Positions 1 through 11,193 of a stretch of 64,000 bases of DNA are shown here, one piece after another. The notes below the pieces were generated by a model, which saw nothing but the letters and a program-made list of their open reading frames with translations, did no database searches and was not told where the DNA came from. The position numbers and the translations under genes were made by a program. Origin of the DNA: a virus; the IMG/VR virus record IMGVR_UViG_3300010883_008292, positions 12,617 to 76,616 of that record; one strand, given 5' to 3'. Position 1 is the stretch's first letter, and every line of letters begins with the position of its first letter.

Positions 1-2
1 GA

Positions 3-2303
3 GATATCACAGCAGTAGTAGCAGGAACGGGGTTAGCAGGTGGTGCGACAAGTGGAAGTGCAACAGTTAGTTTATCTCACTTAGGAATTGAAAGTTTATC
101 AGATCCAAACGCAGACAGAATTGTATTCTGGGACGATTCAGCAGGCGCCTCACAGTGGCTATCAGCAGGAACGGGTTTAACAATTACAGCGACATCAATA
201 GATGTAGGTACATTAAATCAGGATACAACAGGCAACGCAGCAACAGCAACAGCATTAGCAACAGCTAGAACTATTGGCGGAACATCATTTGATGGAACAG
301 CTAATATAGCAGTTGCCCTAGCTGGTACGGCCACAGCATTAGCAACAGCACGAACAATCCATGGTGTATCATTTGATGGTACAGCAAACATAGATTTAAG
401 TGAGGTTATAGCTGATACTGTAGGAGCGATGGTAACCTCTAATACAGAGAGTGGCATCACGGTTGCGTATGTAGACGCTGATAACACAATAGATTTCACA
501 GTAGGTACACTAAACCAATCAACGACAGGAAATGCAGCAACGGCAACGTTAGCAGCAACAGCAACAGCATTAGCAACAGCTAGAACTATTGGCGGAACAT
601 CATTTGATGGAACAGCTAATATAGCAGTTGGCCTAGCAGGCACAGCAACAGCACTAGCAACAGCTAGAACTATTCAAGGGGTTTCCTTTGATGGTTCAGC
701 AAACATAACAACAACCACAGCGGGTACAGGAGTATCAGTATCTGGAACAGCAGTCTCAATCGGACAGGCAGTTGCAACTACAGATAAACCTTCATTCGCA
801 GGTATTACATTAACAGCAGATTCAACGGTGACGGGTAATATTTTACCTTCAGCAGATGATACTTATGGACTAGGTAGTGCGGCGAAACAATGGTCAGATG
901 TATATATAGGCCCAGGCTCATTATATGTTAACGGTCAGAAAGTGGTTGAAGATGATTCAGGAACAATTACAATTTCCGCAGACACTAACCAAAACGTAAA
1001 AGTATCAACTTCAGGTTCGGGTGACGTAGAGTTAGACCCAACTGGAAGCGGACAAATTGAGTTGAAAGGCCCAGTACAAGTTACAGCAGGTTCTAACGTA
1101 TCATCATCAGATGGGAATGCAATTTCATTCTCAAACGCAATTGATGTAGATGCAATTGAATCAAGAAGTACAGACACCAACTTAACATTAAGTGCAAATG
1201 GAACTGGTATTGTAACAGTTAACGATGCCTTAACAGTTACCGGTGACTTGATCGTATCAGGAACAACAACTACAGTTAACTCTGCAACAATTAATTTAGC
1301 AGATAATATAATAATGCTTAACTCAGACTTTACGTCTGGAACACCTTCAGAAGATACTGGTTTCTCAGTATTGAGAGGTGGAAGCGCAACTAAGTCTCTA
1401 TTATGGGACGAAACTAATGACAGATGGACTGTTTCTACAGAAGATTTTGTTGCAACTACTTTTATAGGTGCCTTAACAGGTAATGTATCAGGAAATGTAA
1501 CTGGATCTTCAGGATCGACTACAGGAAATGCAGCAACGGCAACAGCACTAGCAACAGCTAGGACAATTGGCGGAACATCATTTGATGGAACAGCTAATAT
1601 AGCAGTAGGATTAGCAGGCACAGCAACAGCATTAGCAACAGCTAGAACTATTGGTGTTGTATCATTTGATGGTACAGCTATTATTAACTTACCAGGAGTT
1701 AACGCTTCGGGTACACAAAATACTAGCGGACTAGCAGCAACAGCAACACTGGCAGCAGGAGCAACAGCATTAGCAACGGCAAGAAATATAGGCGGTGTAT
1801 CATTTGATGGTACGGCGAACATAGACTTACCGGGAGTTAACTCTGCTGGTAACCAGGCAACGTCTGGATTAGCAGCAACAGCAACACTGGCAGCAGGAGC
1901 AACAGCATTAGCAACGGCAAGAACAATAGGTGGTGTATCATTTGATGGTACAGCTAATATTAACTTACCAGGAGTTAATTCAGCAGGTAATCAAGCAACT
2001 TCAGGACTAGCAGCAACGGCAACGTTAGCAGCAGCCTCAACAGCTTTGGCTACAGGCAGAACAGTAGGTATGACAGGTGACGTAGTTTGGACATCAGCAT
2101 CGTTTGATGGCACAGGAAACGTTACAGGTTCAGCAACTATTCAAGCTAATAGTGTAGATTTGGGAACACATACAACAGGAAATTACATGGCGCAAGTAAG
2201 TGGAGGAAATGGAGTTACTATTTCTCATTCACAGGGCGAAGGCTCTACTGCTACCATAACAGGAACAGCAATTTACAACGCAGCCGGTAGTTTACTGAAC
2301 TAG
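3..2303 (+). CDS. Tail fibre / virion structural protein with Ala-Thr-Gly-rich repeats (5'-truncated by window edge)
   Basis: The frame of the 429..2303 ORF is open back to base 3. About 8 copies of (GNAATA)TALATARTIGGxSFDGTANI; central TGDLIVSGTTTTVNS...LADNIIMLN...WDETNDRW segment typical of phage fibres; lies directly upstream of the neck genes. Confidence 0.8.
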   Translation, partial: DITAVVAGTGLAGGATSGSATVSLSHLGIESLSDPNADRIVFWDDSAGASQWLSAGTGLTITATSIDVGTLNQDTTGNAATATALATARTIGGTSFDGTANIAVALAGTATALATARTIHGVSFDGTANIDLSEVIADTVGAMVTSNTESGITVAYVDADNTIDFTVGTLNQSTTGNAATATLAATATALATARTIGGTSFDGTANIAVGLAGTATALATARTIQGVSFDGSANITTTTAGTGVSVSGTAVSIGQAVATTDKPSFAGITLTADSTVTGNILPSADDTYGLGSAAKQWSDVYIGPGSLYVNGQKVVEDDSGTITISADTNQNVKVSTSGSGDVELDPTGSGQIELKGPVQVTAGSNVSSSDGNAISFSNAIDVDAIESRSTDTNLTLSANGTGIVTVNDALTVTGDLIVSGTTTTVNSATINLADNIIMLNSDFTSGTPSEDTGFSVLRGGSATKSLLWDETNDRWTVSTEDFVATTFIGALTGNVSGNVTGSSGSTTGNAATATALATARTIGGTSFDGTANIAVGLAGTATALATARTIGVVSFDGTAIINLPGVNASGTQNTSGLAATATLAAGATALATARNIGGVSFDGTANIDLPGVNSAGNQATSGLAATATLAAGATALATARTIGGVSFDGTANINLPGVNSAGNQATSGLAATATLAAASTALATGRTVGMTGDVVWTSASFDGTGNVTGSATIQANSVDLGTHTTGNYMAQVSGGNGVTISHSQGEGSTATITGTAIYNAAGSLLN
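232..2120 (+). repeat. Intragenic repeats encoding TALATARTIGG(T/V)SFDGTANI units; three near-tandem ~46-aa units at ~1620-2040
   Basis: Recurrent gcaacagcattagcaacagctagaactattggcggaacatcatttgatggaacagctaatata-like DNA is directly visible. Confidence 0.9.
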
Positions 2304-2312
2304 GAGTAGATA

Positions 2313-3290
2313 ATGGCTTTAGCTAGTAGATCGGATCTACAGGATTATTGTCTAAGGAGACTTGGTGCTCCTGTGATAGAAATAAATGTGGATGAACAAC
2401 AAGTATCAGACAGAGTCGATGATGCCATACAATATTGGCAAGAATATCATTTCGACGGTGTTGAGAGAACGTTTGTCAAACATCAAATCACAGGCTCCAT
2501 AGTTAAATTAACAACTAATGTAGCAGCAAACTTCCAAAGGAACGAATTGATAACAGGTGGCACCAGTGGTGCCGTCGCGAAGGTGGTGTCGGGCTCCGGC
2601 CAGGATATTACCATAGAAAAGATGAAGACAGGTAGCTCTGCTTTTGTAGCAAGCGAACAAATTACAGGAGATGTAACAGGCTCGACAGCTACATTGCACC
2701 CTACCACTTTCTATACATCGGGAGATATTGAAAAAGGATATGTCCCTATTAGTAATAATATATTAGGCATCACCAAGGTATTTAACTTTGGTGGAGCAGC
2801 AACCAACACCTCCAGAGATGGAGAATTATTTGACTTGATGTATCAATTCAGAATGAATGATTTATACAACTTAATGGGCGCAGACATGGTCTATTATAGT
2901 GTAGTACAAAGTCATTTAACTACATTAGAAATGCTTTTAGCAGGTAGTAGACAAATACGTTGGAACAGAAAAACAGATAGACTTTATATGGATACAGACT
3001 GGGATAAAACATTTAATCCCGGTGACTTTTTAGTAGCAGAAGCGTGGGCTTTACTAGACCCATCATCTTACCCAGAGGTATATGATGATATGTTTCTTAA
3101 ACAATACGCCACTGCTTTAATTAAAAGACAATGGGGTTCTAACATGAGTAAGTTCTCAGGAATTCAAATGCCTGGCGGTGTTACCTTGAACGGTGATCAA
3201 ATATTTCAGGAAGCAACACAGGAGATAACTCTAATAGAAGAGAAAATGCAGAAGAGTTACGAACTGCCCCCACAGTTTATGATAGGATAG
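2313..3290 (+). CDS. gp13: Neck protein
   Basis: LQDYCLRRLGAPVIEINVD...YHFDG N-terminus, LIKRQWG..MSKF.GIQMPGGVTLNG C-terminus; T4 synteny. Confidence 0.95.
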   Translation: MALASRSDLQDYCLRRLGAPVIEINVDEQQVSDRVDDAIQYWQEYHFDGVERTFVKHQITGSIVKLTTNVAANFQRNELITGGTSGAVAKVVSGSGQDITIEKMKTGSSAFVASEQITGDVTGSTATLHPTTFYTSGDIEKGYVPISNNILGITKVFNFGGAATNTSRDGELFDLMYQFRMNDLYNLMGADMVYYSVVQSHLTTLEMLLAGSRQIRWNRKTDRLYMDTDWDKTFNPGDFLVAEAWALLDPSSYPEVYDDMFLKQYATALIKRQWGSNMSKFSGIQMPGGVTLNGDQIFQEATQEITLIEEKMQKSYELPPQFMIG

Positions 3291-3297
3291 TGAAACC

Positions 3298-4044
3298 ATG
3301 CCAACAAACTTTTATTTCCAATCGGGCCAAGGACAAGGACAAACAAACGAACAAAGATTAGTCGAAGACTTAGTAATAGAAAGTCTTAAAATCTATGGCC
3401 ATGATACTTATTACCTACCTAGGACACTAGTCAATAAAGATACGATCTTTGATGAAGACGAGCTGTCGAAATTTACACAAGCATATCCTTTGGAAATGTA
3501 TTTGGATAATGTAAATGGCTACGAAGGACAAGGAGATATATTTACAAGGTTTGGACTTGAAGTAAGAGATCAAGCAACCTTTGTAATGGCAAAAAGACGT
3601 TGGGAAGACATGGTAATGACTTCTGGAGGAGCGTTTACACAAACAGCAAGGCCTTCTGAAGGCGATTTAATATACTTTGAAAAAACTAAATCACTATTTG
3701 AAATCAAATACGTTGATTTCCAAAATCCATTCTATCAGTTAAACCAACTTTATGTATTTAGAATAACTTGTGAACTGTTTGAGTACAGCTCAGAAGATTT
3801 GGATACAGGTATTACATTAATAGATGGAATAGAAACTAAATATTCAAACGATATGTTAGAGTATCAGATGAAATTAGAAGATGGAAGCTTATGGCTTAAA
3901 GAAGATACTGGATCTATAATTAATGAATCATATCAAACAACTGCATCAGAGCCAATAGACAATTTAGACTTTGAGAATATTAATTTCCTTGAGGGTATAT
4001 TAGACTTTAGTGAAAAGAATCCATTTGGAGAAATAGGTGTTTAA
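3298..4044 (+). CDS. gp14: Neck / head-closure protein
   Basis: EQRLVEDLVIES.KIYG.D.YYLPR, RPSEGDLIY, NPFYQL, CELFEYS, DFSEKNPFG motifs. Confidence 0.95.
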   Translation: MPTNFYFQSGQGQGQTNEQRLVEDLVIESLKIYGHDTYYLPRTLVNKDTIFDEDELSKFTQAYPLEMYLDNVNGYEGQGDIFTRFGLEVRDQATFVMAKRRWEDMVMTSGGAFTQTARPSEGDLIYFEKTKSLFEIKYVDFQNPFYQLNQLYVFRITCELFEYSSEDLDTGITLIDGIETKYSNDMLEYQMKLEDGSLWLKEDTGSIINESYQTTASEPIDNLDFENINFLEGILDFSEKNPFGEIGV

Positions 4045-4819
4045 AGATCAAACATTTTATCATCAGCATATACGAAAAGCTATTATTGCCTTTGGTACTA
4101 TATTCAACAACATAAATATTGAACGTAAAAATAGTGCAGGAGCAGTAGCACAAGCTCTTAGGGTACCATTATCTTATTCAACTAAGCAAAAATTTATGAC
4201 AAGGATTGCTAGAGTTACTGACGCTACTACAAGAGGCGAAGTAGCTATAACATTACCACGTATAGGATTTGAAATACAAGGATTAAACTATGACCCTAGT
4301 AGAAAAACAACCGTAATACAAAAGAATAAAGCTGTTGGTGTTGGAGATGCTGCAAGCACAGTAAGAGTAGCATTTAACTCAGCGCCATTTAACATGAATT
4401 TATCCTTATATATATTTGCGAAGAACCAAGATGATGGGTTACAAATTGTGGAACAAATACTTCCATACTTTAATCCAGATTTTAATGTTACAATAAACGA
4501 TTTACCCGAACTAAATATAAAACGGGATATAAAGATTACATTAGATAATGTTAGTTATGAAGACGAATATGAAGGAGACTTTGCTAATAGGTTAAGTGTT
4601 GTATGGACTTTAAATTTTACAATGAGACTTAATTTTTATAGCAACGTAGAAAATGTTGGAATTATTAAGAAAGTTATAGCAGATATCTATGACGATCCAA
4701 CATTGTCATTGAACTTAGGTAACTTAAAAAGCACACTAACTGCTTATGTTAACCCGGCAGACGCCAGTCCAATTGACGCATATTCATTTGTGGAGGAATT
4801 TGATGACAACTTCGAATAA
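4037..4819 (+). CDS. gp15: Tail sheath stabiliser / tail terminator
   Basis: FYHQHIRKAIIAFGTIFNNI, VPLSYS.KQKF, LPRIGFE, QIVEQILPYFNP motifs; synteny. Confidence 0.95.
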   Translation: MFKDQTFYHQHIRKAIIAFGTIFNNINIERKNSAGAVAQALRVPLSYSTKQKFMTRIARVTDATTRGEVAITLPRIGFEIQGLNYDPSRKTTVIQKNKAVGVGDAASTVRVAFNSAPFNMNLSLYIFAKNQDDGLQIVEQILPYFNPDFNVTINDLPELNIKRDIKITLDNVSYEDEYEGDFANRLSVVWTLNFTMRLNFYSNVENVGIIKKVIADIYDDPTLSLNLGNLKSTLTAYVNPADASPIDAYSFVEEFDDNFE

Positions 4820-5324
4820 AAAGAATCCTTTTAACGAATTAGATAAGAAATTTAATACTAAAGAAGTTACAAAGGCACTAGAAAAAAACCTAAAAGAAAG
4901 AGAAGACGAGAGGAAGAAGCAACTTCCTGCTGTAGCTATCTCTGATGAGGACAAACAAAAGCTTCTTGCTAAACAACAAGAAGAAGACTTCCAATATGCT
5001 AGGTCAATATTAAAACAGGCAGAAGCATATAACGACGAAGCCATACAAGGCATACTACATATTGCCAGAAACAGTGACCAACCACGTGCTTATGAAGTGG
5101 CTGGTGGATTGATTAAGAATTTACAAGACACCGCTAAAGACATAATAGATGTACAAGAAAGACAAAAGCGTGTAACAGCAGACGATCCTTCAGTTAAAGG
5201 AAACGTTAAGACGCAGAACAATCTATTTGTAGGCAGCACTAAAGAACTATTAAATGCCATCAAAGGCGAAATGGATCCTAAAGTAATAGACGTAGAACAA
5301 GATGACACAAGCAGAAGGGAATAG
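4803..5324 (+). CDS. gp16: Terminase small subunit
   Basis: DFQYAR, SDQPRAYEVAG.LIK, NNLFVGSTKEL motifs; start moved to the ATG at 4803 (GGAGG RBS upstream). Confidence 0.92.
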   Translation: MTTSNKKNPFNELDKKFNTKEVTKALEKNLKEREDERKKQLPAVAISDEDKQKLLAKQQEEDFQYARSILKQAEAYNDEAIQGILHIARNSDQPRAYEVAGGLIKNLQDTAKDIIDVQERQKRVTADDPSVKGNVKTQNNLFVGSTKELLNAIKGEMDPKVIDVEQDDTSRRE

Positions 5325-6996
5325 TTACCACGGTAATCCTAACCTTAAACCGTTAGCTTATCAGCATGACTTTACCAAAAAAGAAGTCGCAGAGTATATC
5401 AAATGCAAAGGCGACCCTAAGTATTTTATAGAAAACTATGTAAAAATTATTACTTTGGATAAGGGCTTACAACCATTCAAATTATACGATTGTCAAAAAG
5501 ACAAAGTAGATGTTATAATGAATAACAGACGTGTAGTATTAATGGAAGGACGCCAACAAGGTAAAACAGTTACAGCAGCAGCGTGTATATTACACTATAC
5601 TATCTTTGAAGAAGATAAAACAGTAGCTATAATGGCTAACAAGAGTGCAGCTGCAAGAGAAGTATTAAACAGATACCAAATTATGTATGAAAACTTACCT
5701 TTGTGGATGCAACAAGGTGTTAAGACATGGAACAAGGGTGACGTAGAACTAGAAAACAATAGTAAAGTATTAACAGCAGCAACAACAGCAGCAGCGATAC
5801 GTGGTAAGTCTGTTAACTGGTTGTACATTGATGAGGCAGCAATCATACCTAACAACATAGCAGATGAATTTTTTACATCTGTTTATCCAACAATTTCAGC
5901 GGGAGAGACAACTAAAATACTATTAACATCTACTCCGTTAGGCTATAATCACTTCTGGAAGTTCTGGAATGAGGCAGAGAAAGGAGAGAATGGCTTCGAG
6001 CACATGTTCATTCCTTACTATGAGATACCAGGACGTGATGAGAAGTGGCTAGCCGAACAAAAACAATTACTTGGTCCTGTTAAATTTAATCAAGAGGTCT
6101 TATGTGAGTTCTTAGGTTCAACTAACACGCTGATTAACTCACAAACTATAGGGGCCATGAGTACAAAAGATCCTATATTTCAAAACAATTATTTAGATAT
6201 TTACGAAGAGCCACAAGACGATCATTACTATGCTATAACAGTCGATACAGCCAGGGGAATTGGCGGAGACTTCTCCGCTTTTGTTGTTGCAGATGTTACA
6301 GAAATGCCTTATCAAATAGTAGCAAAGTATAGATGTAATGATATTTCACCTATGCTATTCCCAGATGTTATTGGGAAAGTAGGAAAAGATTATAATGATG
6401 CCTTTGTATTAGTAGAAGTTAATGATATAGGATCACAAGTAGTAGAAATATTACATCAAGAAATAGAATATGAGAATATTTGTAGCACAGTTACAGAGCA
6501 ACAGAGACAATATGTAAGTCCAGGGTTTGGTAAATCAAGCAAACATGGTGTTACAACATCCAAACAAGTAAAGAGGCAAGGGTGTTTTGCCTTTAAGTCT
6601 TTAGTAGAAGAACAAAAATTGTTAATATTTGATGAGCATTTGATACATGAAATATCAACATTTATAGAAAAGGGTAGTACATATCAAGCAGACGTAGGAT
6701 ATCATGACGATCTAGTTATGTGTTGTGTACTGTTTGGTTGGCTAACAACACAAAACTTCTTTAAAGACATGACAGATGTTAATACTAGAGAAGGATTATA
6801 CAAACAACAAATGGGAGAAATAGAACACAACCTAACTCCTTATATAAAAGACGATGGCCAAGCGCCAGAGTTTGAAGTTATACACAATGATGTGTGGTTA
6901 TTAGAAGACGATCACCATAAGAATATACAAGATAAAATGAGAAAGTTATCAGAAAACTATGCTAGAACATTGCCAGAAAGACGTACACACAAGTAA
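5302..6996 (+). CDS. gp17: Terminase large subunit
   Basis: Y.GNPNLK N-terminus, GRQQGKT Walker A, LYIDEAA Walker B, STPLGYNHF, HDDLVM nuclease motif. Confidence 0.98.
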   Translation: MTQAEGNSYHGNPNLKPLAYQHDFTKKEVAEYIKCKGDPKYFIENYVKIITLDKGLQPFKLYDCQKDKVDVIMNNRRVVLMEGRQQGKTVTAAACILHYTIFEEDKTVAIMANKSAAAREVLNRYQIMYENLPLWMQQGVKTWNKGDVELENNSKVLTAATTAAAIRGKSVNWLYIDEAAIIPNNIADEFFTSVYPTISAGETTKILLTSTPLGYNHFWKFWNEAEKGENGFEHMFIPYYEIPGRDEKWLAEQKQLLGPVKFNQEVLCEFLGSTNTLINSQTIGAMSTKDPIFQNNYLDIYEEPQDDHYYAITVDTARGIGGDFSAFVVADVTEMPYQIVAKYRCNDISPMLFPDVIGKVGKDYNDAFVLVEVNDIGSQVVEILHQEIEYENICSTVTEQQRQYVSPGFGKSSKHGVTTSKQVKRQGCFAFKSLVEEQKLLIFDEHLIHEISTFIEKGSTYQADVGYHDDLVMCCVLFGWLTTQNFFKDMTDVNTREGLYKQQMGEIEHNLTPYIKDDGQAPEFEVIHNDVWLLEDDHHKNIQDKMRKLSENYARTLPERRTHK

Positions 6997-7039
6997 AAAG
7001 AGCTGTACATATAGAAAATGGGTTCTAAATAAAACAATT

Positions 7040-7047
7040 TATAAATA
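7040..7047 (+). promoter_or_regulatory. T4-type late promoter (TATAAATA) for gp18
   Basis: Exact consensus in the intergenic gap. Confidence 0.85.
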
Positions 7048-7110
7048 GTTGCGATGATAATAATTAAACTTGTGTCATTACATAAGATAATATAAACCGA
7101 GGAGAAAAAC

Positions 7111-9021
7111 ATGGCATTTCAGCTATCACCAGGTGTTCTCGTAACAGAGAGGGACTTAACCAGTGTTGTTCCAGCAGTCGCTACTACAGTAGGCGCGATT
7201 GTTATAGACGCACAATGGGGTCCTGTTAACGAGATCACAACAATTAGTTCAGAGAACAAATTAGTTGATACCTTCTTAAAACCTGATTCAACAAATTATG
7301 AATCATGGTTAACAGCAGCTAGCTTTTTGGCTTATGGTAGTAATCTTAAAGTAGTTAGAAGTATAGACGATACAACAGCATTGAACGCAGGTTCAACAGC
7401 AGGCGTCTTAATTACTAACGAAGAAGACTACGACAATAACCATTCTAGTGGCGAAGGTTCTAATGGTATATGGGCAGCAAAACATCCAGGAGTCATAGGC
7501 AATTCGCTTAAGGTTTCATTTGCAGACTCAAGTAACTACGATACTAACTCAGTAGCATCCGCTACAGTTAGTGCAGGAGGATCTAGTTATACTAGCTCTC
7601 CAACAGTTGCTTTTGCAGCACCAGGTTCGGGAATTACAGCAACAGGTACAGCTACAGTTAGTGGCGGTGCAGTTACTGCAATTACTATAACGAACCCTGG
7701 TAACGGATATTCCAGCGCACCAGCTATTACATTCAGTGGAGGAGGCGGATCTGGAGCAACAGCTACAGCCGTACTCGCAACTGATTGGACTTACAAAGCA
7801 AACTTTTCCCGTGCACCTTTAACATCTACGAATGTAGCATTAGTGGCAGGCTCAAATGATGAGTTCCACATAATTGTTATAGACGAAGATGGATTATTTT
7901 CAGGTGTAGCAGGTACAGTTTTAGAAAAATTCGAAGCAGTATCCAAAGCTTCCGATGCGAAAAGTCTACAAGGCGGATCAAATTACTATAAAGACGTGAT
8001 TAATAATCAGTCTGATTTAATTCGTTTCACAGACCAACCAGCAGGGGACAGCACTTGGGGCACAGCTTCAGCAGGAACAGCATACACATCAGTCTTTACA
8101 GCAGCAGAGTCTACTGTAAGCCTGACAGGTGGCGTTTCCGACGCACCAGACAGTGGAGATATTCAAACATCTTACGCATTATTTGGAGACGCAGAAACTA
8201 CTGACGTCAACCTAGTAATGACAGCAGGCTGGTCAAACGTGGATAAAAAGTGGGTACAAGATAACGTAGGCAAAGTCAGAAAAGACTGTATTGTTTTCGT
8301 ATCACCACAATCTACATCAGTAGTAAACAATTCCGGTTCAGAAGTTACACAAATAAAAAGTGATAAGGCAGCAATGTCAGCCACATCTTATAGTGTAATG
8401 GATGGCAACTGGAAATATCAATACGACAGATACAACGACGTATATAGATGGGTTCCATTAAATGGAGATATAGCAGGTCTATGTGTAAACACAGACAACG
8501 TTAGAGATCCTTGGTACTCACCAGCAGGCTTCAACAGAGGTCAACTCAGAAACGCAGTAAAATTGGCATTCAATCCAACTAAGGCGAATAGAGATGACTT
8601 ATACCAAGACGGTGTAAACCCTGTTATAAATAGTCCAGGAAACGGTATCGTATTATTTGGGGACAAGACATTACTTGCAGCACCTAGTTCGTTTAATAGA
8701 ATTAACGTTCGAAGATTGTTTATTGTTTTAGAAAAAGCAGTAGCAACAGCAGCTAAGTATCAATTGTTTGAATTTAACGACGCATTTACAAGAGCACAAT
8801 TTACAAGTTTGCTTACACCTTTCTTAAGAGACGTCCAAGGACGTAGAGGAATATATGACTTTAAAGTTATATGTAACCAAAGTAATAATACAGGCGAAGT
8901 AGTTGATAGAAACGAATTTGTAGCAGACATATTTATTAAGCCTGCCAAAACTATTAACTTCATACAGCTTAACTTTATTGCCACAAGAACTGGTGTTGCA
9001 TTCGAAGAAATTGGCGGGTAA
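7111..9021 (+). CDS. gp18: Tail sheath protein
   Basis: [45 protein letters not shown] motifs. Confidence 0.98.
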   Translation: MAFQLSPGVLVTERDLTSVVPAVATTVGAIVIDAQWGPVNEITTISSENKLVDTFLKPDSTNYESWLTAASFLAYGSNLKVVRSIDDTTALNAGSTAGVLITNEEDYDNNHSSGEGSNGIWAAKHPGVIGNSLKVSFADSSNYDTNSVASATVSAGGSSYTSSPTVAFAAPGSGITATGTATVSGGAVTAITITNPGNGYSSAPAITFSGGGGSGATATAVLATDWTYKANFSRAPLTSTNVALVAGSNDEFHIIVIDEDGLFSGVAGTVLEKFEAVSKASDAKSLQGGSNYYKDVINNQSDLIRFTDQPAGDSTWGTASAGTAYTSVFTAAESTVSLTGGVSDAPDSGDIQTSYALFGDAETTDVNLVMTAGWSNVDKKWVQDNVGKVRKDCIVFVSPQSTSVVNNSGSEVTQIKSDKAAMSATSYSVMDGNWKYQYDRYNDVYRWVPLNGDIAGLCVNTDNVRDPWYSPAGFNRGQLRNAVKLAFNPTKANRDDLYQDGVNPVINSPGNGIVLFGDKTLLAAPSSFNRINVRRLFIVLEKAVATAAKYQLFEFNDAFTRAQFTSLLTPFLRDVQGRRGIYDFKVICNQSNNTGEVVDRNEFVADIFIKPAKTINFIQLNFIATRTGVAFEEIGG

Positions 9022-9023
9022 CG

Positions 9024-9031
9024 TATAAATA
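9024..9031 (+). promoter_or_regulatory. T4-type late promoter for gp19
   Basis: TATAAATA between gp18 and gp19. Confidence 0.85.
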
Positions 9032-9050
9032 GTACAAAAGGAGAATATCA

Positions 9051-9566
9051 ATGGATATTACAGAATTTAAAGGTAAATTAGGAGCAGGAGGCGCTAGGCC
9101 TAATCAGTTTTTAGTGACCCTAAACTTTCCATCATCATCCCCCGCCGAGACGAACTATAGCATATTGGTAACAGGAGCAGCCTTACCGGCTTCAACTGTT
9201 AACCCTGCTATCATACAGTATCGCGGAAGGGAGGTCAAATTAGCTGGCGAAAGGATCTTTGATCCCTGGACCATCACTATTGCTAACGACACTGAACAGA
9301 GTCTTAGACGACCTTTTGAGAATTGGATGAATGCTATGAACGATAGGGAATATAATACGGCTGAGTCATTACACCCAGCTGATTATCAAACGCTTATGCA
9401 CGTTGAACACAAAGATCGTAACGATAACACCTTACCAGGTGGAAGCTACACATTACACGATGCGTTTCCAATAAATATGTCAGAGATTGCATTACAATAT
9501 GCACAGAACGACGTTATTGAGGAATATACAGTTACGTTTCAGTATCAATGGTACAGCGTTATTTAA
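9051..9566 (+). CDS. gp19: Tail tube protein
   Basis: GGARPNQF.V, ALPAST, YRGREVKLAGER.FDPWTITI.ND, IEEYTVTFQY motifs. Confidence 0.96.
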   Translation: MDITEFKGKLGAGGARPNQFLVTLNFPSSSPAETNYSILVTGAALPASTVNPAIIQYRGREVKLAGERIFDPWTITIANDTEQSLRRPFENWMNAMNDREYNTAESLHPADYQTLMHVEHKDRNDNTLPGGSYTLHDAFPINMSEIALQYAQNDVIEEYTVTFQYQWYSVI

Positions 9567-9595
9567 TCCCTTAGGGAGTAGTAACAAGGAAAATT

Positions 9596-11191
9596 ATGGA
9601 TTTATTTGGGTTTGAAATAAAACGGAAGGAGACGCCACAGAGTGAAAAGTCATTCGTGGCGCCTTCAGATGACGGTGCAGTAGAGTCAATTAGAGCGGGT
9701 GGGTACTATGGTACCTACATGGACCTGGAAGGGATCGCACAAACCGAAGCTGAATTGATTAAACGGTATCGAGACATTGCCTTAATGGCAGACGTCGATA
9801 CGGCCGTTGAAGATATAATCAACGAGTCGGTTGCACAGTTGGAGAATGAATCTCCAGTTGAAATCAACCTTGATGATGTAAAACTTTCATCAAGTGTTAG
9901 AAAAAGCATGGCCGTTGAATTTGAGAACATAAAGAACATCCTGGACTTTAAGGATAGAGCCCAGGACTACTTTAGAAGATGGTATGTAGATGGACGGATT
10001 TATTTCCATAAGGTAATAGATCTTGAGAAACCTAAACAGGGTATAGTAGATATTAGATACATTGACCCTAGAAAGATTAGGAAAGTACGTGAAGTTAAGA
10101 AGGAGAAAAATCCTTCTGGTATATTGTTTGTAACAGAGGTTAAAGAGTTTTTTATATATAATGATAAAGGCGTAACTCAGAAACCTGGAGCGTATGTAGC
10201 ACCTGAGAATCAGCAAGGGCTGAAAATAACAAAGGATGCTATAGCTTTTGCTCCAAGTGGTTTAATAGATCACGATAAACAAATACCTTTATCGTATTTG
10301 CATAAGGCCATCAGGCCAGCAAACCAACTTCGTATGATGGAGAACGCAGTAGTAATTTATAGAATTACAAGGGCTCCTGAAAGACGAATATTTTATGTAG
10401 ATGTTGGTAACTTGCCGAAGATGAAGGCAGAACAATATCTAAAAGACATTATGGATCGTTATCGTAACAAGTTAGTTTACGATGCTAATACAGGCGAGAT
10501 CCGTGATGACAAGAAGTTTATGTCAATGTTGGAAGACTTCTGGTTACCCAGAAGAGAAGGCGGGACAGGAACACAGATTGATACTTTGCCAGCAGGTCAA
10601 AACCTAGGGCAAATAGAAGACGTAGAATACTTTCAACGTAAACTATATCAATCGTTGAACATTCCTATCTCTCGTTTGGAACAACAAGCTGGTATGAACT
10701 TTGGTAGAGCAGCTGAGATTAATAGAGACGAGATGAAGTTTACAAAATTCATCATCAAGTTAAGAAGAAAATTCTCAGTTATGTTAAGCGATCTTTTAAA
10801 GACGCAATGTTTACTAAAAGGTATTCTAACCGAAGACGATTGGAATCAGATTAAAGATGATATAATGTTTGAGTTTGCTACGGATGCTTACTACACAGAG
10901 TCTAAAGAGCAAGAGATTTTAAGAAGTAGAGTAGAAGTATTAAACGGATTAGCAGCATACATAGGAACATTTTTTAGTAAAAGTTACATACAAAAGAACG
11001 TTTTAATGTTGACAGATGAACAGATTGAACAGATTGAAACTGAATTATTGGGTGAACCTCAATACCAGAGACAATATCAATGGAGTCCATTGTCAGCAGT
11101 AGATCAAGCAGCCCCTAACGGTGCTGGTAATATAGAAGATGAGGTTCCAGGGGAAGGAAATCCCGAAGGACCCCCTAATGGAGGAATGTAA
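9596..11191 (+). CDS. gp20: Portal vertex protein
   Basis: FRRWYVDGRI, SYLHKAI.PANQLRMME.A.VIYRI.RAPERRIFYVDVGNLPK, EDFWLPRREGG.GT motifs. Confidence 0.98.
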   Translation: MDLFGFEIKRKETPQSEKSFVAPSDDGAVESIRAGGYYGTYMDLEGIAQTEAELIKRYRDIALMADVDTAVEDIINESVAQLENESPVEINLDDVKLSSSVRKSMAVEFENIKNILDFKDRAQDYFRRWYVDGRIYFHKVIDLEKPKQGIVDIRYIDPRKIRKVREVKKEKNPSGILFVTEVKEFFIYNDKGVTQKPGAYVAPENQQGLKITKDAIAFAPSGLIDHDKQIPLSYLHKAIRPANQLRMMENAVVIYRITRAPERRIFYVDVGNLPKMKAEQYLKDIMDRYRNKLVYDANTGEIRDDKKFMSMLEDFWLPRREGGTGTQIDTLPAGQNLGQIEDVEYFQRKLYQSLNIPISRLEQQAGMNFGRAAEINRDEMKFTKFIIKLRRKFSVMLSDLLKTQCLLKGILTEDDWNQIKDDIMFEFATDAYYTESKEQEILRSRVEVLNGLAAYIGTFFSKSYIQKNVLMLTDEQIEQIETELLGEPQYQRQYQWSPLSAVDQAAPNGAGNIEDEVPGEGNPEGPPNGGM

Positions 11192-11193
11192 AA

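Noticed and set aside
218-1822. Long minus-strand ORFs 218..643 and 935..1822
   Set aside because: Antisense shadows of the Ala/Thr-repeat fibre gene; biased codons leave the reverse frame stop-free, and there is no RBS or promoter.
232-2120. Regularly recurring repeats as a possible CRISPR array
   Set aside because: The repeats are in-frame coding units with synonymous variation and no unique spacers; no cas genes are present.
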